Assembly (NCBI GenBank): GCA_030645735.1
Contig: JAUSNP010000006.1
Coordinates: 196,095-260,094, forward strand
Source of the DNA: Candidatus Moraniibacteriota bacterium
GTDB taxonomy: Bacteria > Patescibacteriota > Minisyncoccia > Moranbacterales > UBA2206
DNA: 64,000 nucleotides
Reading direction: 5' to 3'
Shown here: positions 27,668 through 36,879 of the stretch, one piece after another
How positions within the stretch are numbered: the stretch's first letter is position 1
Layout of the letters: every line of letters begins with the position of its first letter
The notes under the pieces: model-generated
What the model saw: the letters and a program-made list of their open reading frames with translations, nothing else
What the model was told of the DNA's origin: nothing
Database searches by the model: none
Translations under genes and position numbers: made by a program

Positions 27668-28843
27668 TTAATTTGTTATCTTTTTATAAATCTCATTTAT
27701 CTTTTCCGCCGAAGCTTCCCAGCTGAAATCCACGGCGCGCTTTTTGTTGTTGGCGCCTTTTTCCTGCGCTTCTTGTGGATTTTGCGCAAAATGCAAAATG
27801 CCTTTTGCAATGCCAGCAGCCGTTGATTCACAGAAATAACCGCCGTCATCCAAATATTTGCGATTATTATCTTTGTCAAAACATACCACCGGCAAACCCG
27901 CTGACATATAATTGAGCATCTTGCCACTGGCTTGATTGGTGTCCGTGTCTTTGGGATCCACTGCCACATCGGCCACGCAATTGAATTTCGGCAATTCAAA
28001 ATAGTTCAAAGGACTCACCACGCGAACAAATTTTTCCAATTGATTTTCTTTGACAAATTCTCTCACATGTTGATCTGGAAAACCGCCAATCAGGAAAAAC
28101 ACATTCGGATTTTGTTCCACTGTCGGCTTGATGGCTGCAAAAAGATGAGCGACGCCTTTGTTGGGCACCAAACCGCCAGAATATACAACCACAAACTTGT
28201 CTTCTGGAATTTCCATTTCTCTGCGCAACTCGCTCTTGCTTTGTTTCAAATTAAAACTCGCTAGACTTGTTCCGTCTAGCATCACTTCAGCACCCTCTCC
28301 GCCTCTAGCTGATTTGATTGGCTCCAAGCCCTCCCAAGAACTGACAATCGCCCAATCACCCCGACCATTGATAAATCTTTCAATAATTCTGAAAAGCCAT
28401 TTCAAACCTTTTTTCAAATAACCATGCGAAACCATCTCGCCTGTCAGACTGCCATGAAAATCAGCCACCAATTTGATGTCGCGCCAAAAAAGCAATTTCT
28501 GCACAATCCAGCCAATCAAAACACCTTCGTGCAAATGACCATGAATCACATCCGGTTTTTGCGTACGCGCTAAAAACAGAACTTTTTTAATAAGCGCCAA
28601 ATCCAAAATAATTTTTTGCCAATCTGGACCAGCTTCCAGCTTCTTATACCAAAAAAGTAGTCGCCTGATTCGTCGGACATCAATCTTGGTATCAATTTCA
28701 GCTGGAATGTCCTTGCCGATATGATAGGTGGCGATTGTAATTTGATTGCCCAATTTTTCCAAGGCCAGCGCTTCTTCTAGAATCCGAATGTGGGTTCCGC
28801 GATCAGCAAAAAATGGAGTTGGAGCAACGACTAAAATTTTCAT
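27668..28843 (-). CDS. Glycosyltransferase family 4
   Basis: MKILVVAP, PDVIHGH, YSGGL..KG, KMLNYMSAGLPVV, FSWE. Confidence 0.9.
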   Translation of the reverse strand: MKILVVAPTPFFADRGTHIRILEEALALEKLGNQITIATYHIGKDIPAEIDTKIDVRRIRRLLFWYKKLEAGPDWQKIILDLALIKKVLFLARTQKPDVIHGHLHEGVLIGWIVQKLLFWRDIKLVADFHGSLTGEMVSHGYLKKGLKWLFRIIERFINGRGDWAIVSSWEGLEPIKSARGGEGAEVMLDGTSLASFNLKQSKSELRREMEIPEDKFVVVYSGGLVPNKGVAHLFAAIKPTVEQNPNVFFLIGGFPDQHVREFVKENQLEKFVRVVSPLNYFELPKFNCVADVAVDPKDTDTNQASGKMLNYMSAGLPVVCFDKDNNRKYLDDGGYFCESTAAGIAKGILHFAQNPQEAQEKGANNKKRAVDFSWEASAEKINEIYKKITN

Positions 28844-28933
28844 AAAGTTTATAAAATTCTTAAAGTTTATACGGTCAAAAGAGTACGGAATCCAACACTT
28901 TACGAACTTGGTGGACTTTATGAACTTTTGACT
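28841..28933. repeat. 9-mer inverted-array element between divergent genes
   Basis: CATAAAGTTTATAAAATTCTTAAAGTTTAT / ACTTTACGAACTTGGTGGACTTTATGAACTTTTGACT. Confidence 0.8.
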
Positions 28934-28965
28934 CTGCCAACTAATTCTACCCCATAAATTCTCGT

Positions 28966-28994
28966 TTGGCAAAAGGCTGTTTAGGCTATATAAT
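28966..28994 (+). promoter_or_regulatory. Sigma70 promoter
   Basis: TTGGCA-17 nt-TATAAT, 7 nt before the ATG at 29002. Confidence 0.75.
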
Positions 28995-29001
28995 TACACC
29001 A

Positions 29002-30807
29002 ATGATCAAATTTAAAATACCCGAGGTAAATTTAGATAAATTCCAGCTATTCACGGCTTTTGTCCTTTTTTGGATAGGCTTGGGATGGCTTGGCTTGGCC
29101 CTTTCACTTTTAGGGATTTTTTATAATGCAATTTTAGTTAGTTATATCCTCTTGGGTATTATATTCCTAGCTTATTTGATCAATTTCAATCAGACCAAGA
29201 TTGCCATCAATTTTCGTTTTTTTCTGATTTTCATCCTAACCTTGATTTCGATTTTCATTTTCTCATTCTATACTACGCCGACCATCTTTTCCGGACGCGA
29301 CCAAGGCTCACTCAGTGAAGCTGCTATCCGCCTGGCGCAAAATCATCATTTGTCTTTTGCTTCAGTTGCTTCCCAAGAATTTTTCAAAATCTATGGCGCT
29401 GGACCAGCATTGAATTTCCCTGGCTTTCATTATACTGCGCAGGGCAACCTTTCCACACAATTTCCGCTGGGCTACATTTCTTGGTTAGCAATTTTCTATT
29501 CCCTGATAGGTCTCAATGGTTTCGTGCTGGCCAACAGCATCACCTTTGCCATTTTTATTTTTTCTTTCTACCTAGTCGCCCGCTATTATTTGCGCGCCTC
29601 TTCAGCCATCATGGCAACTCTTCTGATTTTAAGCTCTTTTATTTTTGCTTGGTTTTTCAAATTCACGCTCAGTGAAAACCTCGCGATGATGCTGACTTGG
29701 TTTGGAATCTATGAGTTCGTGCTGTTTACTAAAAATAAGTCGCGTTTTTATCTTCTAGCGTCTTTGACCGCTTTCACTCTGCTTGTTTTCACTCGCGTAG
29801 AGGCTTTGGGATTTTTGGCGGTCGTCACTGCAATGCTACTCATCAAATACAAAGATTGGAAATATCTATTCTTTGTTGTAATTGGCAAAAAAATTCTGCT
29901 CGTTGCTGGCGGGTTTTTAGTATTATATTTTTTCAACTTGGCACTTGATAGCTCATCATATTATTCAATGTTGAAAGGCATCCTCAGTCCGTTCATTTCT
30001 CTGGGCTCTGGACTTAAAGATTATTCGTCAGCAGATTCTGTGCCATTTTTGGCCACCTCCTTTTATGTGCTCAAAGTTTTCTCAGCCTACGCGCTGTTCA
30101 ATTTCTTGCTATTTGGCATCATCGGATTTATTTATTTATGGCGCCACAAAAAATTTGAAATTTTGGTGCCATTTCTGATTATCCTGCCAACCTTTGCCTA
30201 CATCATACACCCCAGCATTTCAGCTGATCATCCTTGGATGTTGCGCCGCTTTGTTTTTTCCATCATTCCCGTCAGCATTCTTTATGCCGTTTGGTTTTTT
30301 GATCACTTCTTCAAGAAAAGAATGTATTTCTATTTTGTTATAGTCCTGCTCATTGCCACCAACCTGATGGTTTTTGTGCCCTTTCTGACAATCTCGCCCG
30401 ACAAAAATCTGTTGCCACAAATTGAAAAAATTTCCGAAAACTTTGTTGAATCAGACTTGATTTTAGTTGATCGCGATGCCACCGGTGATGGTTGGTCAAT
30501 GATGACTGGGCCGTTGAATTTCTTGTTCGACAAACAAGCAGTCTATTTTTTCAATCCCAAAGATTTGGCAAAGATTGATCAGAAAAAATTCAGTGCCATC
30601 TATTTCATCATTCCTGACAACAAATTAGACTTCTACCGTCAAGGCGGAATTTTGCAAAGACTAGTGCCTGTTCAAGATTATTCAATTGAAAACAAAATGC
30701 TCAGCCTGAAGACCGGCGAGAAACAAGAAATGTTTAGCGCGCCAATCGAGTTGCCAAAAATGCAAGATAACGCAGTTTATGGTAAAATTTATTTATTAAA
30801 AAACTAG
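29002..30807 (+). CDS. Polytopic membrane protein, probable GT-C (ArnT/PMT-like) glycosyltransferase
   Basis: More than 12 TM segments; GRDQG loop, LSEN, TRVE, WMLRRF; soluble C-terminal domain. Confidence 0.7.
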   Translation: MIKFKIPEVNLDKFQLFTAFVLFWIGLGWLGLALSLLGIFYNAILVSYILLGIIFLAYLINFNQTKIAINFRFFLIFILTLISIFIFSFYTTPTIFSGRDQGSLSEAAIRLAQNHHLSFASVASQEFFKIYGAGPALNFPGFHYTAQGNLSTQFPLGYISWLAIFYSLIGLNGFVLANSITFAIFIFSFYLVARYYLRASSAIMATLLILSSFIFAWFFKFTLSENLAMMLTWFGIYEFVLFTKNKSRFYLLASLTAFTLLVFTRVEALGFLAVVTAMLLIKYKDWKYLFFVVIGKKILLVAGGFLVLYFFNLALDSSSYYSMLKGILSPFISLGSGLKDYSSADSVPFLATSFYVLKVFSAYALFNFLLFGIIGFIYLWRHKKFEILVPFLIILPTFAYIIHPSISADHPWMLRRFVFSIIPVSILYAVWFFDHFFKKRMYFYFVIVLLIATNLMVFVPFLTISPDKNLLPQIEKISENFVESDLILVDRDATGDGWSMMTGPLNFLFDKQAVYFFNPKDLAKIDQKKFSAIYFIIPDNKLDFYRQGGILQRLVPVQDYSIENKMLSLKTGEKQEMFSAPIELPKMQDNAVYGKIYLLKN

Positions 30808-30813
30808 GAGATT

Positions 30814-30898
30814 AGTCAAAAGTCCATCAAGTCAATAAAGTCCGTAAAGTTATAGGAACTTTCGACTTTACGGACTTTGGACTTTACGGACTTTGAAC
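30814..30898. repeat. 9-mer inverted-array element
   Basis: AGTCAAAAGTCCATCAAGTCAATAAAGTCCGTAAAGTT / AACTTTCGACTTTACGGACTTTGGACTTTACGGACTTT. Confidence 0.93.
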
Positions 30899-30901
30899 AT
30901 T

Positions 30902-32236
30902 ATGACTCTGGATTTAACCGCTCACATCAAACTCGACAAAAAAAATCTTCGACTCTACCGCATCCTGCAGGTTATTTTTTATTTATCCGCCATTTCTTTG
31001 GCAACCTATTTTGCTATCCGCATTCTTTTTCCAACCTCCTATTTCATATTTGATTTTAACAAGCCCTTTGCCAAAAGCAACAATATTTATGATATGCATG
31101 ATAACACCAAGCTTGTGCCCGGAAAAGGAATATTGCCCGCCAATGCAACTTTGAATTTCAATGCTTCTCTCTTTGATTTCTTTTCTAAAGCGCTAGTGAC
31201 TTTTTCCCTGGATAAAAAATCCGCACCACTTCAATCTGGTTCAGTTCTGGTTAAAAAATCTTTTCGAGCTTTTCTCTATCCAGATGGAGCCATCATGGGC
31301 TTCAAGGATGGCACGCTCCTCAAAAGCGAAGGAAATTATTATATAGTTTTTAATGGCAAGATGCATAAGTTTGCCAAGCCGAATTTGGTGACTGAACTGG
31401 GTTATGCGCCAGAAGCTTTTCGAGAGGTCACACCAATTGAAATCAATTATAACAAAAAAGGTGATTCCATCACCAAAGCGCAATATCCCAACAAAACTTT
31501 TTTTAGAGTTAATGATGAATATTATTTATTGCAAAGCGAACACTTACAAAAATTTATCAGCGCCAACGCTTTCCTCAGCCAATATGATTCCAATCAAGCC
31601 ATCGTGAAAGATACCAGCTTTCTATCAACCTTCAAGCCGTCGAATAATTTGATTGGTTTTGCCGATGGCTCGATCCTGTCATATGGTGACACAATTTATA
31701 TTACTAACGGTAAAAATATTCTGCCCGTCGATAGTCCTGAAACCTTTCTTAGCAAGGGCTATGCCTGGGAAGATGTCATTCCAGTCAGTCCGGAAGAAAT
31801 CGCCCTCTATGTCAAAGAGAAAAATTTCACCATAGCCAGCTTGCATTCCAACGGTACAATTTTCAAGACCAGCGAAAGTGGCAATCATTATTTGATTCAA
31901 GATGGCAAAAAAAGACTCTTGCCTTCAACCAATGTCGTGGCTTCCTGGCTCAAGAAAAATCCAATCATGGTTTCACGCGATAGTCTCAGTCTGACAAATT
32001 CCTGCCTGCTCAAAAAAGACGCGCTCAGCGCCAATTCATATTCCTGTGAAATTCCAATTGCCAATATGCAAAATTTGCTTGGCAGTGACTATGAATTTTT
32101 TGCCAAATCAAGCTCTGCCATTCAAATCGATACTGTCAACATTGAATTCAAAAAAGATGTCACCCGCGACAATTTATTGCTAACTCTCAGCCGCATATTT
32201 AATCGCGTAAAAAACAATTATGTTCCCACAAATTAA
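30902..32236 (+). CDS. Membrane-anchored extracellular protein with repeated (D/N)GT/S-type beta modules
   Basis: One N-terminal TM helix; about four repeats such as FKDGTLLK..YYIV..G and FADGSIL..IYIT.G. Confidence 0.75.
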   Translation: MTLDLTAHIKLDKKNLRLYRILQVIFYLSAISLATYFAIRILFPTSYFIFDFNKPFAKSNNIYDMHDNTKLVPGKGILPANATLNFNASLFDFFSKALVTFSLDKKSAPLQSGSVLVKKSFRAFLYPDGAIMGFKDGTLLKSEGNYYIVFNGKMHKFAKPNLVTELGYAPEAFREVTPIEINYNKKGDSITKAQYPNKTFFRVNDEYYLLQSEHLQKFISANAFLSQYDSNQAIVKDTSFLSTFKPSNNLIGFADGSILSYGDTIYITNGKNILPVDSPETFLSKGYAWEDVIPVSPEEIALYVKEKNFTIASLHSNGTIFKTSESGNHYLIQDGKKRLLPSTNVVASWLKKNPIMVSRDSLSLTNSCLLKKDALSANSYSCEIPIANMQNLLGSDYEFFAKSSSAIQIDTVNIEFKKDVTRDNLLLTLSRIFNRVKNNYVPTN

Positions 32237-32624
32237 ATTCAGTGCCGGACCAAAAGTAGTCATTCTATACAAACTTCTCAATGATAGTCTATTGGTTATG
32301 CTAACATTTTTCATGCTTACCCTGCTGGCTGAAGGTGCATTGCCAGGAATCATTTCCTCCCACATTGGACTCTACAAAATTGTAATTGCCATTCTTGTGA
32401 ATATTTTAGCTATCACAGCGATTGGAAAAATCATCAAGGCGCCTGAAAACGCAACCAACAAAAAAATAGTAGAGACGCGATTAATCGCGTCTCTACTTAT
32501 CATCTGCGCGCTATTGCTTTTCAACAGTCTGCTCAAGCTCAATATATACTTGAATATTTTTATTCTAATCACACTCTTTGTGATTAGCTATTTTTTGATT
32601 AGAGTTTTTCAAGAAGAAAAATAA
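32220..32624 (+). CDS. Small 4-TM membrane protein
   Basis: 134 aa, hydrophobic; overlaps the end of the upstream gene. Confidence 0.75.
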   Translation: MFPQIKFSAGPKVVILYKLLNDSLLVMLTFFMLTLLAEGALPGIISSHIGLYKIVIAILVNILAITAIGKIIKAPENATNKKIVETRLIASLLIICALLLFNSLLKLNIYLNIFILITLFVISYFLIRVFQEEK

Positions 32625-32702
32625 GTCCATAAAGTCTTTAAAGTCAAAAGTCCGAAAGCACTGGAGCTTTTGACTTTATGGACTTGACGGACTTTAAGGA
32701 CT
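32623..32702. repeat. 9-mer inverted-array element between convergent genes
   Basis: AAGTCCATAAAGTCTTTAAAGTCAAAAGTCCGAAAGC-ACTGGA-GCTTTTGACTTTATGGACTTGACGGACTTTAAGGACT. Confidence 0.93.
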
Positions 32703-33812
32703 CTCTATGTATTCCAAAGTCTCCTTGGCGCATTTCTCCCAAGAGAATTTTTGCAACTGCTGTTTGCCTTTGACAATCAATTCGGCGCGCAATTTTTCAT
32801 CCGTCAAAAGCCGCTCCATCTGTTCACTCATCTCAGAAACATTCTCAGCGTCAAAATACATTGCCGCGTCGCCACCCACTTCTCGCAAGGATGAATTGTC
32901 CGCGGTCAAAAGTGGCACGCCTGCCGCAAAGGCTTCCAGAACCGTGATGCCAAAACCCTCATAAAGCGAGGGGTGGGCAAAGACAGTGGCCCCCCGGAAC
33001 AAGTGCCCTATATCGCAAAATTTGAGCCTACCGGGCATCACAATGTCCTCACTATATGGGCTTTGCTTGGCCTTTTTCTCAATATTTTCGCAGAGCCAGG
33101 CCTTTTCTCCAGCCAAAACCAGTTTAATGCTCGATTTTGAGCGAGTTTTATAGGCGTCATACGCCTCAATCAATCTTTCAATGTTTTTTCGCGGTTGCAA
33201 GGCGCCCGTATATAAAATATAATCACCCACAATTCCCGCTTCTTTTTTAGCTCTTTCTTCTTCCGAAAAATCACGCGGCTGCGAAAAAACTCCCTCAGTG
33301 AAGCCGTGATAAATGACTTTGATTTTGTCTGCTGCGACTTCTGGATAGAATTTCAAGATGTCTTGCTTGGTTGATTGCGAAACGGCAATAATTTTGTCAG
33401 AATTTCTGATTGAATAGTCCGCAAAAAAATTCAACTTGCGTAAATCTTTTTTGGTGAAATATTGCGGAAAATATTTGAAAGCCAAATCATGGATTGTGAT
33501 GACAGTTTTCAAATTCTTGCGACGCACCAACGGCAAAGCTGCCATCGGCATCCACAAAACATCTGGCGCATCTTTCCACAACTCTGCCGCAAAACAAATT
33601 TGGGTCCACAAAAAAGGAAAGTTTTTTTGAATGATTTTATAATTGAAAAATGCAGGCGGAGTCAGTTCTAGATTGAAATCATTTTTATGATATAACAAAA
33701 ACTCGCTGTCAGAATCTAATTGGCCAAAATGTTTCAGCAAATTGAGAATATAGACGCGAGTTCCGTCGATGCGCTTGTGATCAAGATCAGCAACCTGAAT
33801 TGCTATTTTCAT
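32694..33812 (-). CDS. Glycosyltransferase family 4 (mannosyltransferase-like)
   Basis: TIHDL, PRKN, PSLYEGFGITVLEA, FSWEKCA. Confidence 0.92.
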   Translation of the reverse strand: MKIAIQVADLDHKRIDGTRVYILNLLKHFGQLDSDSEFLLYHKNDFNLELTPPAFFNYKIIQKNFPFLWTQICFAAELWKDAPDVLWMPMAALPLVRRKNLKTVITIHDLAFKYFPQYFTKKDLRKLNFFADYSIRNSDKIIAVSQSTKQDILKFYPEVAADKIKVIYHGFTEGVFSQPRDFSEEERAKKEAGIVGDYILYTGALQPRKNIERLIEAYDAYKTRSKSSIKLVLAGEKAWLCENIEKKAKQSPYSEDIVMPGRLKFCDIGHLFRGATVFAHPSLYEGFGITVLEAFAAGVPLLTADNSSLREVGGDAAMYFDAENVSEMSEQMERLLTDEKLRAELIVKGKQQLQKFSWEKCAKETLEYIESP

Positions 33813-34679
33813 TTATACTTTCAAATCTTTTAAAAAGGCTTTCAATTTTTCTCCGATTTCTGGATGCTTCATGCCTAACTTAATTGTTGCTTTAACAAAA
33901 TTGAATTTATCTCCTGTGTCCAGCCATTCACCATCCAAAATCTTTCCATATAGTGGGCGATTATTTTCCAACATAATTTCAAAAGCATCAGCCAATCGGA
34001 TTTCTCCGGATTTACCAGTTTTCATATTTTTCAAGACATCCATAATCTCCGGGGTTATAATATACTTACCGACCGCAACTAGATTTGATGGCGCGTCCTC
34101 CATCTTCGGCTTTTCCACAATTTTTTTGATTTCAATCGTGCTTGCATCAATTTTCACTCCATCAATCACACCGAATTTTGAAACTTCACTCATAGGAACT
34201 TCGCTAAGCCCGATAACTGGGTCTCCATATTTCTCAAAAACATCCATCAATTGCCTTGAAGCTGGAATCTCACTATCATACAAACAATCTCCAAAAATAA
34301 CCAAAGCTGGTTCATCACCCAACAAATGTGCCGCTTGCAAAAGCGCATGCCCATCGCCTAACGGCATGGATTGACGCACATAGGAAAATTTAGCTAGACC
34401 AGAAATTTTTTGCACAACCTCCAAAAGATCCTGCTTATTTTTTTCTACCAAAGTATCTTCGAGTTCATATGAAACATCAAAATGATCCTCAATTGCTCTC
34501 TTGCCACGCCCAGTAACAAAAATGATTTCTTCGATTCCAGAAGCCACTGCCTCTTCAACTAAATATTGAATAACTGGCTTATCAATGACAGGCAACATTT
34601 CTTTTGGTTGCGCCTTAGTGGCTGGCAAAAATCTTGTTCCAAAACCAGCAACTGGCAAAATAGCTTTTTTGATTTTCAT
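33813..34679 (-). CDS. galU: UTP--glucose-1-phosphate uridylyltransferase
   Basis: KAILPVAGFGTRFLPATKAQPKEMLP, IVEKP. Confidence 0.96.
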   Translation of the reverse strand: MKIKKAILPVAGFGTRFLPATKAQPKEMLPVIDKPVIQYLVEEAVASGIEEIIFVTGRGKRAIEDHFDVSYELEDTLVEKNKQDLLEVVQKISGLAKFSYVRQSMPLGDGHALLQAAHLLGDEPALVIFGDCLYDSEIPASRQLMDVFEKYGDPVIGLSEVPMSEVSKFGVIDGVKIDASTIEIKKIVEKPKMEDAPSNLVAVGKYIITPEIMDVLKNMKTGKSGEIRLADAFEIMLENNRPLYGKILDGEWLDTGDKFNFVKATIKLGMKHPEIGEKLKAFLKDLKV

Positions 34680-34724
34680 ATTGTATAAATTTAAAAATAA
34701 TTTTTTATTTTTTTCAAACTAAAC

Positions 34725-35855
34725 CTAAACTTTCTTGTTTTGCTCTTCACGCAAGAAGATATTGTAGGCTTCTAGGTTTCTTTTTAACCGTGTCTTCATC
34801 TCTTCATTGAACTTTCTAACTGCATCTTTGATGATTGGATGAAAGTTGGCGGAGATACCTTTATCCTTTACTATTTTACCAGCTTCCAGCAAAGAATCAA
34901 ATGTTCCCGCATCCAACCATTCTCCGTCAAATACGGTGACTTTCAATTTTTCTTTATTCAAATAGAAATTATGCAAATCAACAATTTCCAATTCGCCTCT
35001 TTCAGACGGCGCAAGGCTTTTCGCCACTTTCACAACTTCACTATCATAAAGATACAATCCTGTGATAGCATAATCACTAATCCATTCTTTTGGTTTTTCC
35101 ACAATTTGCACAGCTTTGTTATTTTCATCAAATTTAACTACGCCTGATCTTTCTGGATCTGAAACTTTTTTAGCAAAAACATGACCGCCTGATTTGAAGT
35201 TTTTAATGGCTTCAGAAAAATTATCTTCAAAAATATTATCGCCCAAAACCAAGGCCACACTATCATTGCCGATAAATTTTTCGGCTAGGATGAAAGCGTC
35301 CGCCAAACCACGGGGAACTTTTTGCACTTCGAAATATATGTTGATGCCATATTCTTTGAAAATTGATCCGAGCAAATTCAAAAACGGTCCACTGTTTTCT
35401 GGACTTACAATCATAAAGATATCTTTGATGCCAGCGCTGATCAAAGTGTTCAATGGATAGAAAATCATTTGATAGTCATAGATTGGCAAAAGTTGTTTGC
35501 TGGTAGTGATGGTCAACGGAAAAAGTCTGGTGGCCGTTCCGCCAGCCAGAATAATTCCTTTCATACCGGCTGTAGCACTTTTGAAATATGATAGGTTGTG
35601 TACATCCTCTTCAATTTTTTGCAAAATCTTTGAATCAGATTCTTTTTCTTTGATGATGATTCGCAAACGATTGAACTCATTCAACAGAAAAATAGCTGCG
35701 AAAAATTCCATCGTCAAAAATACGGCCTGCACAACTTCTCGTGGAACTATTCCTGTGCCAGAACTGATTAGAAATGGCGTGCAAAGCATCAATAAAACAA
35801 TACCAATCATTGCGCTCATGACCACCCAAACCTTTGTTTTTGGAGTTAGAAACAT
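34725..35855 (-). CDS. rmlA: Glucose-1-phosphate thymidylyltransferase with an N-terminal 2-TM extension
   Basis: MKGIILAGG.ATRL.P.T..SKQLLPIYD, PRGLADAF, LGDN, EKP, RGELEI, WLDAGT. Confidence 0.88.
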   Translation of the reverse strand: MFLTPKTKVWVVMSAMIGIVLLMLCTPFLISSGTGIVPREVVQAVFLTMEFFAAIFLLNEFNRLRIIIKEKESDSKILQKIEEDVHNLSYFKSATAGMKGIILAGGTATRLFPLTITTSKQLLPIYDYQMIFYPLNTLISAGIKDIFMIVSPENSGPFLNLLGSIFKEYGINIYFEVQKVPRGLADAFILAEKFIGNDSVALVLGDNIFEDNFSEAIKNFKSGGHVFAKKVSDPERSGVVKFDENNKAVQIVEKPKEWISDYAITGLYLYDSEVVKVAKSLAPSERGELEIVDLHNFYLNKEKLKVTVFDGEWLDAGTFDSLLEAGKIVKDKGISANFHPIIKDAVRKFNEEMKTRLKRNLEAYNIFLREEQNKKV

Positions 35856-35892
35856 AATATTTTTACTTAATTGTTTAAAATCACAACCTAGT

Positions 35893-35921
35893 ATACTAGC
35901 ACATATTTAGAAAAAAAGCAA
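35893..35921 (-). promoter_or_regulatory. Sigma70 promoter for rmlA-galU-GT
   Basis: TTGCTT-17 nt-TAGTAT with extended TG. Confidence 0.6.
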
Positions 35922-36063
35922 GTGTTTTGGGGTCAATTCAACGCTTTGAGCCAAATATTGACAATTATGCCTTATTTGAGCCAAAAACACTCAAATCCCC
36001 CTTAAAAATAGGATAGCATGGGATATGGAAAAATGCAAAACAAAATTAATGCGTATTTTTACA

Positions 36064-36105
36064 AAAAAACACCCCCGGCTTCCAGATTTGACTGGATGCC
36101 GGGGG
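36064..36105 (-). terminator. Intrinsic terminator
   Basis: CCCCCGGC.TCCAG / CTGGA.GCCGGGGG stem with an A7 run on the + strand. Confidence 0.8.
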
Positions 36106-36139
36106 CAAAACACACTTCTGCAGAAGAGGCTGATTGATG

Positions 36140-36673
36140 TTAGTTGGCTTTGAGCCAGCGACGCAGAGCCATGACCGCCTCGCGCTCGACGCCGTCACGG
36201 ACAGTGTCGTAAAGCTCAAGCCATTCGTCGGCCTTGAGTTTTTTGAACTTCTCGGTGTCCGCGACGCTGATAGTCACGGCCGATGGTTCCTCGACCCTGT
36301 CGGGCGTGGCCTCAATCACGCCCACGATCATATGCCCGTCTGGTAGGGCATCGTTTTCCGTCGTCCGACGACGACTGCTCATCACTGGCTTATTGCTGGC
36401 GTCAAAAGCGAAATTAACCACGCCACACACCAGCTCGCCACCAAACGGGAGCTTGAATCCACACACTTTCCAGGCGCCATACGGAGGCCGCGATTCAATC
36501 GCGCAATTATAGAAAGGCGACAAAAATTTTGTGTCCTCAAGCCTGGGCCCAACCTGGAGTGCCCAATTCTTTGGTCCAAGGTCAATTTTTACCACCTTAC
36601 CTCCCTGGGCAAACCATGCAAGAAAGCCTTCAGGATCCCCAAACTCTACTGGCTGTTGCTTGACTCCTGTCAT
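36140..36673 (-). CDS. Hypothetical protein (GC-rich, no family recognised)
   Basis: GGAGG SD 6 nt before the ATG; own promoter and terminator. Confidence 0.75.
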   Translation of the reverse strand: MTGVKQQPVEFGDPEGFLAWFAQGGKVVKIDLGPKNWALQVGPRLEDTKFLSPFYNCAIESRPPYGAWKVCGFKLPFGGELVCGVVNFAFDASNKPVMSSRRRTTENDALPDGHMIVGVIEATPDRVEEPSAVTISVADTEKFKKLKADEWLELYDTVRDGVEREAVMALRRWLKAN

Positions 36674-36823
36674 AATAATCCTCCCTTCCTCCACTACTTA
36701 ATTATAGTGGCTGAAGTTGTCAGTAGGGTAAGGTCGCAGGACCCATTCCCAAAACCGACCTACTGACTTACTGCAAAGAGCAAAGCTAATCAGGAACAAA
36801 AGTTCCAAAATCAACTTCCCAAC

Positions 36824-36852
36824 AGTTTAGCATGTAAAGTGATTTTAGTCAA
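36824..36852 (-). promoter_or_regulatory. Sigma70 promoter
   Basis: TTGACT-17 nt-TAAACT with extended TG. Confidence 0.75.
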
Positions 36853-36879
36853 TAGACCAAAAATAGGTCTTGTTTTAGC

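Noticed and set aside
24734-32702. 9-mer arrays as a CRISPR array
   Set aside because: No constant 23-47 bp repeats with unique spacers, and no cas genes in the window.
35945-35985. TTTGAGCCAA direct repeats (also near 47006) as operator sites
   Set aside because: Spacing differs between the sites and no regulator is evident; support is too weak.
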